Assembly: GCF_002075285.3 (NCBI RefSeq)
Contig: NZ_CP021983.2
Coordinates: forward strand, 1,800,001-1,832,000
Origin: Halomicronema hongdechloris C2206
Lineage (GTDB): Bacteria > Cyanobacteriota > Cyanobacteriia > Phormidesmidales > Phormidesmidaceae
Reading direction: 5' to 3'
DNA length: 32,000 nucleotides
Below are positions 1 to 8,228 of this stretch, in pieces (the first letter of the stretch is position 1; every line of letters starts with the position of its first letter). The notes under the pieces were generated by a model that was not told the origin of the DNA, searched no databases, and saw only the letters and a list, made by a program, of their open reading frames with translations. A program made the position numbers and the translations under genes.

Positions 1-145
1 GGCAAGACCTGATCTGAGCGTCATGCCTTGGCATGAATTTGATACAGATCTGCCAAACTTTATCGAGATTAAATAGTATGCCCTTGGATTACGCCTAGGC
101 GTCTACTATCCTGCAATAAGGTATCCGTTGAATACTTCATCTATT

Positions 146-173
146 TAGAGAGAGTGCATTAGAGAGAGTGCAT
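146..173. repeat. perfect tandem duplication of a 14-nt unit (TAGAGAGAGTGCAT x2)
   Basis: Read directly: 146-159 and 160-173 are identical. Confidence 0.9.
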
Positions 174-222
174 CCCACTTTCGCGACCTTCACGCAAGAA
201 GGTGACCTGGAAAGCCTTTTAT

Positions 223-271
223 GGCCTCCCCCTCGCCCATTTTCGGGAGAGGGGACTGAGGGGGTGAGGGC
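223..271. repeat. GC-rich palindromic (hairpin-forming) intergenic element
   Basis: CCCCTCGCCC (229-238) and GGGAGAGGGG (245-254) are 9/10 complementary around an ATTTTC loop. A second G-rich arm GAGGGGGTGAGG (258-269) is complementary to CCTCCCCCTC (225-234). It resembles the C-run/G-run small palindromic repeats common in cyanobacterial intergenic DNA. Confidence 0.55.
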
Positions 272-519
272 AAACTTGCAAAACTGGGATGCTCCCATTT
301 AGAGATCAATATTAAACATCGATATTAACCCTTTTCTTAGCAGCTTCTTGGGAACTAACTATAGTATTTCCGGCTGCTGCTTCCTATCGCTAAAGGGGTT
401 GTCTACAGAGCCGATTATTCCTACAGAGAGTTCTCCCAGAGCGGCCCAGAGATAGGCTAGGGGACTCGAGAGAAACCGGTCAGAATTTGTTTATTCAAGA
501 TTCGAGGTTGACAGAGCCT

Positions 520-1617
520 ATGAACTCGAAGAGAGTCGCCCTATTTCTCAGCTATCTCGGCGGGGGCGGGGCTGAGCGGGTGATGCTGAACTTGGCTAAG
601 GGGTTCTTAGACAGTGGCCTACAGGTTGACCTGATATTAGCCAAGGCTTGGGGCCCCCATTTGTGGAAGGTTCCCTCTGGGGTGACCCTCGTCGATTTAG
701 GGGCCTCTCGACCTCTCCTGAGTTTGCCGAATTTGGTCCGGTATTTAGGCCGCGAACAGCCAGCGGCCTTGATTGCCGCCATGCACTACGCCAATGAATT
801 GGCCATTGTGGCCAAGCGACTGGCCCGAGTTGACACCCCCATCATCGTCACTGAGCACAATACCCTGTCCCGCTCTCTGACCCGCACCAAAGGCATGAAG
901 CAGCGACTCATTCCCTTGGCGGTCCGACATTTATATCCCCTGGCCGATAAGGTGGTGGCTGTCTCCCAGGGGGCCCGCCACGATTTAGAGCAGCTGGGCC
1001 GTCTGTCGCCAGATCAGCTGCATGCTATTTATAATCCCGTGATTACTCCGGATCTAGAGGGGAAGGCTACCGAAGCGGTAGAGCATCCCTGGTTGCAGCC
1101 AGGGCAGTGGCCAGTGATCCTCGGGGTGGGGAAGCTGGAGCCCCAGAAAGATTTTCCCACCCTGATTCGCGCCTTTGCTCAGGTGCGATCGCATCGTCCC
1201 TGCCGCTTAGCCATCTTGGGCTGGGGACCAGGACAAGAGGCCCTACAAGCCTTGATCGATGACTTGGGCATCGCAGCCGACGCCGCCCTACTGGGCTACG
1301 TAGAAAATCCCTATGCCTACATGGCCCGGGCCCAGGCCTTCGTGCTGTCCTCCGCCTGGGAAGGACTGCCCACCGTCTTAATCGAAGCCATGGCCCTAGG
1401 GCTGCCGGTCATTTCCACCGACTGCAAGAGCGGCCCCGACGAAATTCTCAAGGGGGGACAGTACGGTCCCCTAGTTCCGGTGGGGGATAGCGATGCCATT
1501 GCCGAAGCCATTGACGCCGTTCTAGATGGCAACCATCCCACCGTCGATCAGAGCTGGCTAGAGCAGTTTAAATTACAGGGCGCCACCCAAAACTATTTGA
1601 AGCTATTTGCTCACTGA
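520..1617 (+). CDS. glycosyltransferase, GT4 (GT-B fold) family
   Basis: Long ORF (track 487..1617). ATG at 520 is preferred because it gives MNSKRVALFLSYLGGGGAERV, a typical GT4 N-terminus. The C-terminal EGLPTVLIEAMALGLPVISTD matches the GT4 E-x7-E donor-binding motif. Confidence 0.85.
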   Translation: MNSKRVALFLSYLGGGGAERVMLNLAKGFLDSGLQVDLILAKAWGPHLWKVPSGVTLVDLGASRPLLSLPNLVRYLGREQPAALIAAMHYANELAIVAKRLARVDTPIIVTEHNTLSRSLTRTKGMKQRLIPLAVRHLYPLADKVVAVSQGARHDLEQLGRLSPDQLHAIYNPVITPDLEGKATEAVEHPWLQPGQWPVILGVGKLEPQKDFPTLIRAFAQVRSHRPCRLAILGWGPGQEALQALIDDLGIAADAALLGYVENPYAYMARAQAFVLSSAWEGLPTVLIEAMALGLPVISTDCKSGPDEILKGGQYGPLVPVGDSDAIAEAIDAVLDGNHPTVDQSWLEQFKLQGATQNYLKLFAH

Positions 1618-1805
1618 GCGCTAGATTGGCGTCGATAAAGGTCTACCTGCTGGTGTAGCCAACCGTTACAACCGCCGCCAGCTAGGTTTGCCCGGCTGCC
1701 TCACACGATGCGTGATAGCATCGACCTGCCAGGTTTGGGGTGGCGCCTGTCTACCCCACACAACCTCATCGAGATACGGCACTCTAGCGTAATTAGGAGA
1801 CTATC

Positions 1806-2237
1806 ATGACCTCCGCCAACATTAGCGATACCGAAAGAACCTTTCTGGAAAAGGTGATGCAGCGGGCTAACTTACCCGATATTTATGACGCTCGAGATCT
1901 CACCTTCGTCGTCTTTCGAACCATGCGGGACATGATGACCACAGAGGCCTCGGAGCGCATCCAAGCATCCTTCGATAATCAAGAAATTGCCAATCTCTGG
2001 AAGGATGACAACCCCATCGTGTCCTTTCTCAGTAAGCTGCGACCTCCCCTAGAGATCGACGCAGATACCTTCCTGCGCCGGGTACAGCAAGAAGGCAGTG
2101 TACCGCAAGGGGCCAATACAGAGTCGGTGATCATCGCGGTGTTTTCTGCCGCCAGAGAAGAGCTGCCAGCCGAGAGAAGTCAAGAAATTGCTGGCATTTT
2201 ACCCGAGGGATTGCGGGTCCTGTGGGAGCAGGTCTAG
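1806..2237 (+). CDS. conserved hypothetical protein, DUF2267-like
   Basis: 143-aa ORF with a TAGGAGA Shine-Dalgarno a few nt upstream of the ATG. The soluble, acidic sequence pattern resembles DUF2267 proteins; the family call is from memory only. Confidence 0.65.
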   Translation: MTSANISDTERTFLEKVMQRANLPDIYDARDLTFVVFRTMRDMMTTEASERIQASFDNQEIANLWKDDNPIVSFLSKLRPPLEIDADTFLRRVQQEGSVPQGANTESVIIAVFSAAREELPAERSQEIAGILPEGLRVLWEQV

Positions 2238-2346
2238 CCTTCTAGGCTGAGGCGGGGGGCGTGTACACAATAAGTCCACTGCATAGGTATGGGGGCTTCA
2301 GAGGTAAGTGCCAGTAACCTTGAGCCCCCTACCGGAGAGGACAACG

Positions 2347-2946
2347 ATGGCTTATCTGCGTACCTTGCCCCCCACAGTCCCCAATCATCCTCGCCAGACC
2401 CTAGCGAAGCTCGCCGCAATTTTGGGCCTCTGCGGCATAGGCGCCGCCTTACCCCTACTCACCTCAGAGGGCCAAGTCTCATCTATGAGGCCGGTGGCTC
2501 CCAGCCTGGCCCAGTTAGCAACGCCGCCAGAGCTACGATTGCCGGTGTCGCTGGCCAATGGCACTGACATTGAGCCTCCCCGGGGCCAATCTGGCTACAG
2601 TCAGCTAACCATTGCCAACGGCAATGATGTGGACGCCGTGGCCAAGCTAGTCGATGCCGCCTCTGGTCAGACCCTGCGCGTTGTCTATGTGCAGGCCCAT
2701 AAAACCGTGGTCTTAGAGAACTTAGGCGCCGGCACCCGCCTCCTCAAGTTTGCCCTCGGCACCGACTGGGACGCCCAACAGCAACAATTTCGCCGCCTGC
2801 GCACGGTACTGGCTTTCAGTGAGCCCCTGGAGTTTGTGGTGCAACGAGACGATACCAGTGAGTATTGGAAAACCTACGAGGTCACGTTACACCCGGTGCT
2901 CCACGGCCAAGCCCAAACGGAGCCGATTCCAGAGGATGAGTTTTAA
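2347..2946 (+). CDS. hypothetical exported or membrane-anchored protein
   Basis: ORF 2308..2946. The internal ATG at 2347 (MAYLRTLPP...) is followed by the hydrophobic segment LAAILGLCGIGAALPLL. No recognisable domain. Confidence 0.55.
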   Translation: MAYLRTLPPTVPNHPRQTLAKLAAILGLCGIGAALPLLTSEGQVSSMRPVAPSLAQLATPPELRLPVSLANGTDIEPPRGQSGYSQLTIANGNDVDAVAKLVDAASGQTLRVVYVQAHKTVVLENLGAGTRLLKFALGTDWDAQQQQFRRLRTVLAFSEPLEFVVQRDDTSEYWKTYEVTLHPVLHGQAQTEPIPEDEF

Positions 2947-3091
2947 GGCGCGACCTGGAATGACAACTCATGACTCTGTACAGGCTGTTCTCCCCTAGGG
3001 AAGAGCAACGGCTCCACATCTCCCATCCCCTGCGGCGCACCTCCTGCGGCCCGCTATCGGTGACTGAATCGAGACTCGCCTTAATGGCGGG

Positions 3092-3283
3092 CTAACCCGG
3101 CGGCAAGGTCTCCCGACGAGACCAATTCCAGTGGGCCACATACATCAGCGCCAATAGCTGCAGGGGGGCAATCAACACATACCCCTTCAGGATCAGCGGC
3201 AGGTCTAGATTGCCGAGCCATGAATAGCTGAGGCAACTCAGCAGCAGCAGCAGTAACAGTAAGCCTTTGCGTTGAATTTTCAT
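3092..3283 (-). CDS. small hypothetical membrane protein (63 aa, poly-Leu segment)
   Basis: ORF begins 8 nt after the stop of the upstream DUF2752 gene on the same strand. It has two hydrophobic segments. The poly-Leu tract is encoded by a CTG/CAG trinucleotide run (about 3238-3255). No clear SD. Confidence 0.4.
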   Translation of the reverse strand: MKIQRKGLLLLLLLLSCLSYSWLGNLDLPLILKGYVLIAPLQLLALMYVAHWNWSRRETLPPG

Positions 3284-3291
3284 GGGCTGCT

Positions 3292-3789
3292 TCAGAGTAC
3301 AGGGACCGCTGATGTTAAAAATTGCCAGATAGGATTCTCTGTGAGCCCCTGGGGTAGCCAGTCAGCATCCAGGCGACTATACAGCCGCATGGCATAGTAC
3401 CCAATAAAACTAGCGCCTAAGCCCACCAGCAGATAGCGATTATTCAGTGGAGCAATCGATAGGAGGGTTGAGGCTGGCTTACAGAGCAGTTCTGTCAGCG
3501 CTCGTCCCCAGAGATACAGACAGATGATGAATAAAATCGGCCCGAATAGGTGGTAGCTGCAGGCCGTTGCCAAGTCTCCGCGGGCAATGGCCTGAAAGGA
3601 GCGCGTCAAGCCGCAGGAGGGGCTGATGGTGCCAAACACCTGCTGGAAGAGGCAATTGTCCCAGGGATAGGCAAGGATATTGTGGTTAAATAACCACGCC
3701 CCCACTAGGGGTATCGATGCTCCCCCCAGCAGGGCGAGTCGTTGCCAGTGGGGAGAGTGACTCAGAGACCGTAGGGTCATAACGCGCAT
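3292..3789 (-). CDS. DUF2752 family membrane protein
   Basis: ORF 3292..3795 (TTG at 3795); ATG at 3789 preferred. It has the SPSCGLTRSF motif (C-x-x-T-R signature of DUF2752) and multiple TM segments. It starts 6 nt after the stop of the upstream TM2 gene. Confidence 0.7.
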   Translation of the reverse strand: MRVMTLRSLSHSPHWQRLALLGGASIPLVGAWLFNHNILAYPWDNCLFQQVFGTISPSCGLTRSFQAIARGDLATACSYHLFGPILFIICLYLWGRALTELLCKPASTLLSIAPLNNRYLLVGLGASFIGYYAMRLYSRLDADWLPQGLTENPIWQFLTSAVPVL

Positions 3790-3795
3790 ACCCAA

Positions 3796-4089
3796 CTAAA
3801 ACCAGGCTTTTTTCCCTGCCATATAGGTGGCATAGAACTCTTCGTCGGTCTTGGTGAGGTAGAGAATTCCCTCCACCAAACCAATGACCCCCATCGCCAC
3901 TGGGGCAACTGCTGGGACAACTAAGCAGGATAACGCCATCCCCACCAGGGAAACCACTAGCATAATAATCCCTTCGGTGGTGTAGCCGAGAATAAACTTG
4001 TGAATACCGAGAGACCCCAGCAGAATTCCACAAACACCGACCAAGATCTTCTTGTTAGAGACCTCCGAATTCGGATTTTGATTAGTCAT
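3796..4089 (-). CDS. TM2 domain-containing membrane protein (paralog 1)
   Basis: 97-aa ORF containing GILLGSLGIHKFILGYTTEGIIML and a C-terminal YLTKTDEEFYATYMAGKKAWF. Two TM helices typical of the TM2 (PF05154-like) fold. Confidence 0.8.
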   Translation of the reverse strand: MTNQNPNSEVSNKKILVGVCGILLGSLGIHKFILGYTTEGIIMLVVSLVGMALSCLVVPAVAPVAMGVIGLVEGILYLTKTDEEFYATYMAGKKAWF

Positions 4090-4181
4090 AATCTGGATCT
4101 AAATTGCAATAGCTATAGCGAAAGTCAGCCAGAACCGCTGTATGCAGATAAGGCCATGGGACTGGTCGCATCAATCAGGGA

Positions 4182-4445
4182 TTAGAACCACCCTTTCTTA
4201 TTGACAATGTAGGTTGCGACAAATTCGTCGTCGGTTTTAGTGAGGTAGATAACACCTTCTACAATGCCAATCACCCACATGACGGTGCCGCCAACACCAC
4301 AGGTGAGTAATGACACCAATAGCATGATAATGCCTTCGGTGGTATAGCCCAGGATGAACTTGTGAATACCTAGGGAGCCCAACAGAATCGCAATGATTCC
4401 TGCCGCAATTTTGCGGTCAGCGCTACCAGAACCGGAACTTGTCAT
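4182..4445 (-). CDS. TM2 domain-containing membrane protein (paralog 2)
   Basis: 87-aa ORF with the identical core LLGSLGIHKFILGYTTEGIIML and tail YLTKTDDEFVATYIVNKKGWF. Clear tandem paralog of 3796..4089. Confidence 0.8.
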   Translation of the reverse strand: MTSSGSGSADRKIAAGIIAILLGSLGIHKFILGYTTEGIIMLLVSLLTCGVGGTVMWVIGIVEGVIYLTKTDDEFVATYIVNKKGWF

Positions 4446-4527
4446 GGATATCTTCCTAATATCAGTATTAAGAATTGCACTCGGTTAGATGCCCTAATCC
4501 TAAATGCCCAGCTTTTATAAACAAACC

Positions 4528-4575
4528 AAATTGTGGGATTTTAGCGATTTCTTAATCTACGGATAACCACAATTT
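4528..4575. promoter_or_regulatory. 9-bp perfect inverted repeat (AAATTGTGG ... CCACAATTT) in an AT-rich intergenic region
   Basis: Arms at 4528-4536 and 4567-4575 with a 30-nt spacer. It lies between the 4660..4971 gene and the start of the TM2 paralog 2 gene. Candidate operator or RNA hairpin. Confidence 0.3.
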
Positions 4576-4659
4576 TCTAATAGAGTCTGAGTTGGACATA
4601 GATCGAACTTGGATCTTTATGCAATCTGTAAACAATGCTTGGCTTAGGCAAACTCTGCA

Positions 4660-4971
4660 TTAAAGTTGTCCCTCATCATACTTGAATTCCAGCTGGATAC
4701 CGCCGACGGAGTTGGCTGCCAAGTTATAGACCAGAGCACCAATGACACCAGATACAAAGCCAAAAAAGGCATAGACCAGGGGCAACAGAATAACTGCACC
4801 GAGAAAGCCAATAATGGCCATGCCGGGTCTTTCGTTAGCGAATCCAGTGATGAGAACAGTGATCCCCAGGATAACTCCGATGATCAGAGCAAAGGCGCCT
4901 AGGATAGCCGCTTGAATCTTCCCGGCGCTAACGATATCAACTTGGCGTATCGTAACCTTGCGAAGAGCCAT
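4660..4971 (-). CDS. small integral membrane protein (possibly DUF3566-like)
   Basis: 103-aa ORF. N-terminal VTIRQVDIVSAGK is followed by two or three Gly/Ile/Leu-rich TM segments. Confidence 0.6.
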   Translation of the reverse strand: MALRKVTIRQVDIVSAGKIQAAILGAFALIIGVILGITVLITGFANERPGMAIIGFLGAVILLPLVYAFFGFVSGVIGALVYNLAANSVGGIQLEFKYDEGQL

Positions 4972-5061
4972 TAGGGTAAAAAAGGAAGTTTTATCGACTC
5001 GATAATATCGGAATTGCTTTTCTGGCTTGGATGAACTTAATTTTTCTTACGAAATCGCCTC

Positions 5062-6615
5062 TTATCCTGCGCCTAAAAGCAATAATCCCGCCATGGTGAT
5101 ACTATTCCAGGCGCTGTGCAGCAGGATCGGGGCCAGCAGGTTGCGGCAGCGGGTGTAGATCGTCCCCAAAACGATGCCCAACACCGTTAGAGGCAACACC
5201 TCTGAGAGGCTGAGGTGGGCCGTGGCGAAGAGTAAACTACTGGCCCCAATGGCCGCCGATACCGGCAGGTATCGGGTCAGCGACGGCAGCAGGAACCCCC
5301 GAAATAGGATCTCTTCAAAGACAGGGGCGGCGATGGCAGCGGTGAAGAAAAACAGGGCCAATGCGATCGCATCATTCTCTTCCAAGACCGTTTGCAACAG
5401 GGGATTACTCCCCCCCTGGCCCTGCCAGAGCTGTTGATTGACGAGCGAGATGCCAAACATCAAGGGCAAGGCCGCCAAGTAGCCACCCAGGCCCCAACGC
5501 CACCCCCCCTTCCAGTCGATGCGAAACCAGTCGGGGGGCAAGGGGCGATACGCCCGGATGGAGAAAAACAGCACCGCCAACCCGCCTGCAGCCATCAAGA
5601 GATAGTAGAGGGTGGCATAGAGAGCTCGTCCCCGGCTGCCCAAACTAGCCAACCCTAAGCCCAGACTACCTAGTATCAGCGGCAAGAAGATCTGGCCCAG
5701 GAAGAAAAAGCCGACGATCAACACCTGCCAGATGATCTCCCATGACCACGGGGTGTCCCATGTCACCCCGGCATTAGTCATCAGCCACGATTGCTCTCGC
5801 TGCAGCCAACGCTGCAAGACCACAAACAGCAGCAAGGCCGTTCCAGCCAGCCCCCCTAGGAACGGCAAAATCCCAATGACCGCCAGGCGCAGTAGGGTCT
5901 GCTCGGCGGCGTCCCGTTCCTGGGCCAGTAGAGCCTCGCGGGCGGCATCATCCCCTGCCACCTGGTAGAGGCGCTCTAGGGCCCGATAGCGAAACCAGCC
6001 ATCTAGATAGGTCTGCACTTGGGTCTCCGCCTCAGGCATCACCTGGGCTGGCTCTTGCCAGAGTCGACTCAGCACCTGAGCAGTCTGCTGGATGCCAGGC
6101 TGGACATCCGCCGCCTGGCTCAATTGTGACCAGGCCGCCTGGGCTTGCTTGAGATTCCCCCGTTCTGCCTGCAGCAGGCCGATACGCATATCCAGCTGCT
6201 GCACTAACTGCTGCTGCTGTTGCCAGGCATTCCGCAGTCGTTTGGGCACCTGGGGGGCCTCGTCGGTGGGGAGCCCTGGCATGGCCCCATCACCTGAATT
6301 CTGAGATGCCTCTAGATTGGCCTCGGCCGTCGCCTTTACCTCTTGATACTGCTGCAGGCTAGTCTGGATCGGATCGTTCCCTAACAGCCCTTGGCGAATC
6401 GTGGTGACAGACTGCTCCGGCAAGGTCGAACTGTCCCACTCACTGGCTTCCAGGAGTAGATCGGTTTGATAGAGCTGCAGGCGACTGGCAATCTGGGGTT
6501 CTTGCCAGCTATTGACTAACGCCTGGCCAATGACCAGGGCCACCAGCAGGGTCAATACCCCCAAGATGATTCGTCGCAAGGAGAAGGGGGAAGACGTCTC
6601 TGGCTCGACACTCAT
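5062..6615 (-). CDS. CPBP-family (CAAX/Abi) intramembrane glutamic endopeptidase with a long Gln-rich N-terminal region
   Basis: ORF 5062..6639 (TTG); ATG at 6615 preferred. The C-terminal domain carries the CPBP motifs EEILFRGFLL, FATAHL and HSAWN in multi-TM context. Confidence 0.85.
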   Translation of the reverse strand: MSVEPETSSPFSLRRIILGVLTLLVALVIGQALVNSWQEPQIASRLQLYQTDLLLEASEWDSSTLPEQSVTTIRQGLLGNDPIQTSLQQYQEVKATAEANLEASQNSGDGAMPGLPTDEAPQVPKRLRNAWQQQQQLVQQLDMRIGLLQAERGNLKQAQAAWSQLSQAADVQPGIQQTAQVLSRLWQEPAQVMPEAETQVQTYLDGWFRYRALERLYQVAGDDAAREALLAQERDAAEQTLLRLAVIGILPFLGGLAGTALLLFVVLQRWLQREQSWLMTNAGVTWDTPWSWEIIWQVLIVGFFFLGQIFLPLILGSLGLGLASLGSRGRALYATLYYLLMAAGGLAVLFFSIRAYRPLPPDWFRIDWKGGWRWGLGGYLAALPLMFGISLVNQQLWQGQGGSNPLLQTVLEENDAIALALFFFTAAIAAPVFEEILFRGFLLPSLTRYLPVSAAIGASSLLFATAHLSLSEVLPLTVLGIVLGTIYTRCRNLLAPILLHSAWNSITMAGLLLLGAG

Positions 6616-6806
6616 AGACACAAAAAATGGGGTGGGCAATTCTTCTAGCGTTGTCAGTCCGGGGAGGCCAGGGTTACCCCTCTCCCTGCCGAGTCTAGGC
6701 AGGCCGACTGACCCACAACCGCACCAAATGGTATGGCGGCTGCGCCACCAAGTCCAGACCTGGCCTTGGCCAAGGTTTATTATCGCACTGTGTCGTGGCT
6801 GATTTC

Positions 6807-8228
6807 ATGCATTGCCGCAACGGGGTAGAATCATCTCGGCTGAGTGGCAAGCATAAGGAGAGACCCCTGAAAACCCGTGTTATTCTGGTCCGCCATGGTC
6901 AGAGCAGTTACAATCAGCGGCGGCTAATCCAAGGTCACTGCGATGAGTCGACCTTGACCCCTGAGGGCGTTGCCCAGGCCGATGTAGTCGGGCAAGCCCT
7001 GGCTGGCATTCCCTTTGACGCCATCTGGTCGAGTCCGCTGCAGCGGGCCAAGATGACCACCGAGCGCGTGCTGGCTCAGCTGCGGCAGACCGTCCCAGCC
7101 CTACCTGAGCCTCACTACACCGATGACTTAAAGGAGATCAGCCTGCCCCTGTGGGAAGGCATTCCCTTCACCGAGGCAGAAGCCAATCATCCTGAGGAAT
7201 ATCGAGCCTGGCGGCAGGATCCGGCCAATCTGGTCATGACCATGCCTACCCCCGAGGGAGGCCGCCGCGACTTCTATCCAGTGCGGGCCCTCTATGAGCA
7301 AGCGGCCGCTGGCTGGCAACGCCTATTGGCAGCCCACCCTGGCCAGACCATCTTGGTGGTGGCCCATAGTGCCATCAATCGGGCTCTGATTAGCACCGCC
7401 TTGGGTCTAGGCCCCGAGCGGATGAATAATCTCTATCAGGCCAACTGTGCCATCAATGTGCTCAATGTCCCGGCGGGTGTGGAGCAGCCGGCCCAGCTGG
7501 AGTCGATGAACCTGACTGGGCATCTGGAGCAGCCGCTGCCGCCACTACGCACTAGTCACCGCGGCCCTCGTCTACTGCTAGTGCGCCACGGTGAAACGGA
7601 ATGGAATCGGCAGCAACGGTTTCAGGGGCAGATCGATGTGCCCTTGAATGAGACTGGACGGCGCCAGGGCCAACAGGTGGCCCAATTCTTGCGGGCCCTG
7701 ACGCTAGATGCGGCCTACAGTAGCCCCATGGCCCGTCCGCAGGAAACGGCCGAATTGATTCTGGCCCACCATCCCCAGTTGTCTCTGCAGTTAGTCGAGG
7801 ATCTCAAGGAGATCAGCCACGGCGAGTGGGAAGGCAAATACGAAGCCGAGATCGAGGCAGGCTATCCCGGCATGTTGCAACAGTGGCAGCAAGCCCCAGA
7901 CACGGTGCAGATGCCAGCCGGCGAAAACCTACAGCAGGTATGGCAGCGGGCCATCTCGGCCTGGAAGCAGATTGTGGCCGCCCACAGTGGGGGAGACCGG
8001 GTGCAGACGGTGATGGTGGTGGCCCATGATGCCATCAACAAGGCCATTCTCTGCCATGTGGTGGGCTGGGGACCAGAGGCCTTTTGGCGCTTTAAGCAGG
8101 GCAATGGCGCCGTGAGTGTGATTGACTACCCCAACGGGGTTGATAGCTCCCCGGTGCTCAGCGCCGTTAACATCACCCGCCATCTCTCGGGCAGCGTCTT
8201 GGATAAAACGGCGGCGGGGGCGCTGTGA
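6807..8228 (+). CDS. histidine phosphatase (phosphoglycerate mutase-like) family protein with two tandem catalytic domains
   Basis: There are two RHG motifs: VILVRHGQSSYN near the N-terminus and LLLVRHGETEWN at mid-protein. Each is followed by SSP(L/M)xR and a VVAH(S/D)AINxA motif. The start is uncertain (GTG 6795, ATG 6807, or further downstream after the AAGGAG at about 6855). Confidence 0.85.
   Translation: MHCRNGVESSRLSGKHKERPLKTRVILVRHGQSSYNQRRLIQGHCDESTLTPEGVAQADVVGQALAGIPFDAIWSSPLQRAKMTTERVLAQLRQTVPALPEPHYTDDLKEISLPLWEGIPFTEAEANHPEEYRAWRQDPANLVMTMPTPEGGRRDFYPVRALYEQAAAGWQRLLAAHPGQTILVVAHSAINRALISTALGLGPERMNNLYQANCAINVLNVPAGVEQPAQLESMNLTGHLEQPLPPLRTSHRGPRLLLVRHGETEWNRQQRFQGQIDVPLNETGRRQGQQVAQFLRALTLDAAYSSPMARPQETAELILAHHPQLSLQLVEDLKEISHGEWEGKYEAEIEAGYPGMLQQWQQAPDTVQMPAGENLQQVWQRAISAWKQIVAAHSGGDRVQTVMVVAHDAINKAILCHVVGWGPEAFWRFKQGNGAVSVIDYPNGVDSSPVLSAVNITRHLSGSVLDKTAAGAL

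Noticed and set aside
2-76. Possible 3-prime end of a plus-strand gene entering from the left edge (...ARPDLSVMPWHEFDTDLPNFIEIK*).
   Set aside because: Only 25 open codons are visible with no recognisable motif, which is too little to support a feature.
2289-2567. 92-aa ORF overlapping the start of the 2347..2946 gene.
   Set aside because: It is an alternate frame of the same region with Pro/Ser/Arg-rich low-complexity sequence. The 2347 frame has a plausible membrane anchor and continues for 200 codons.
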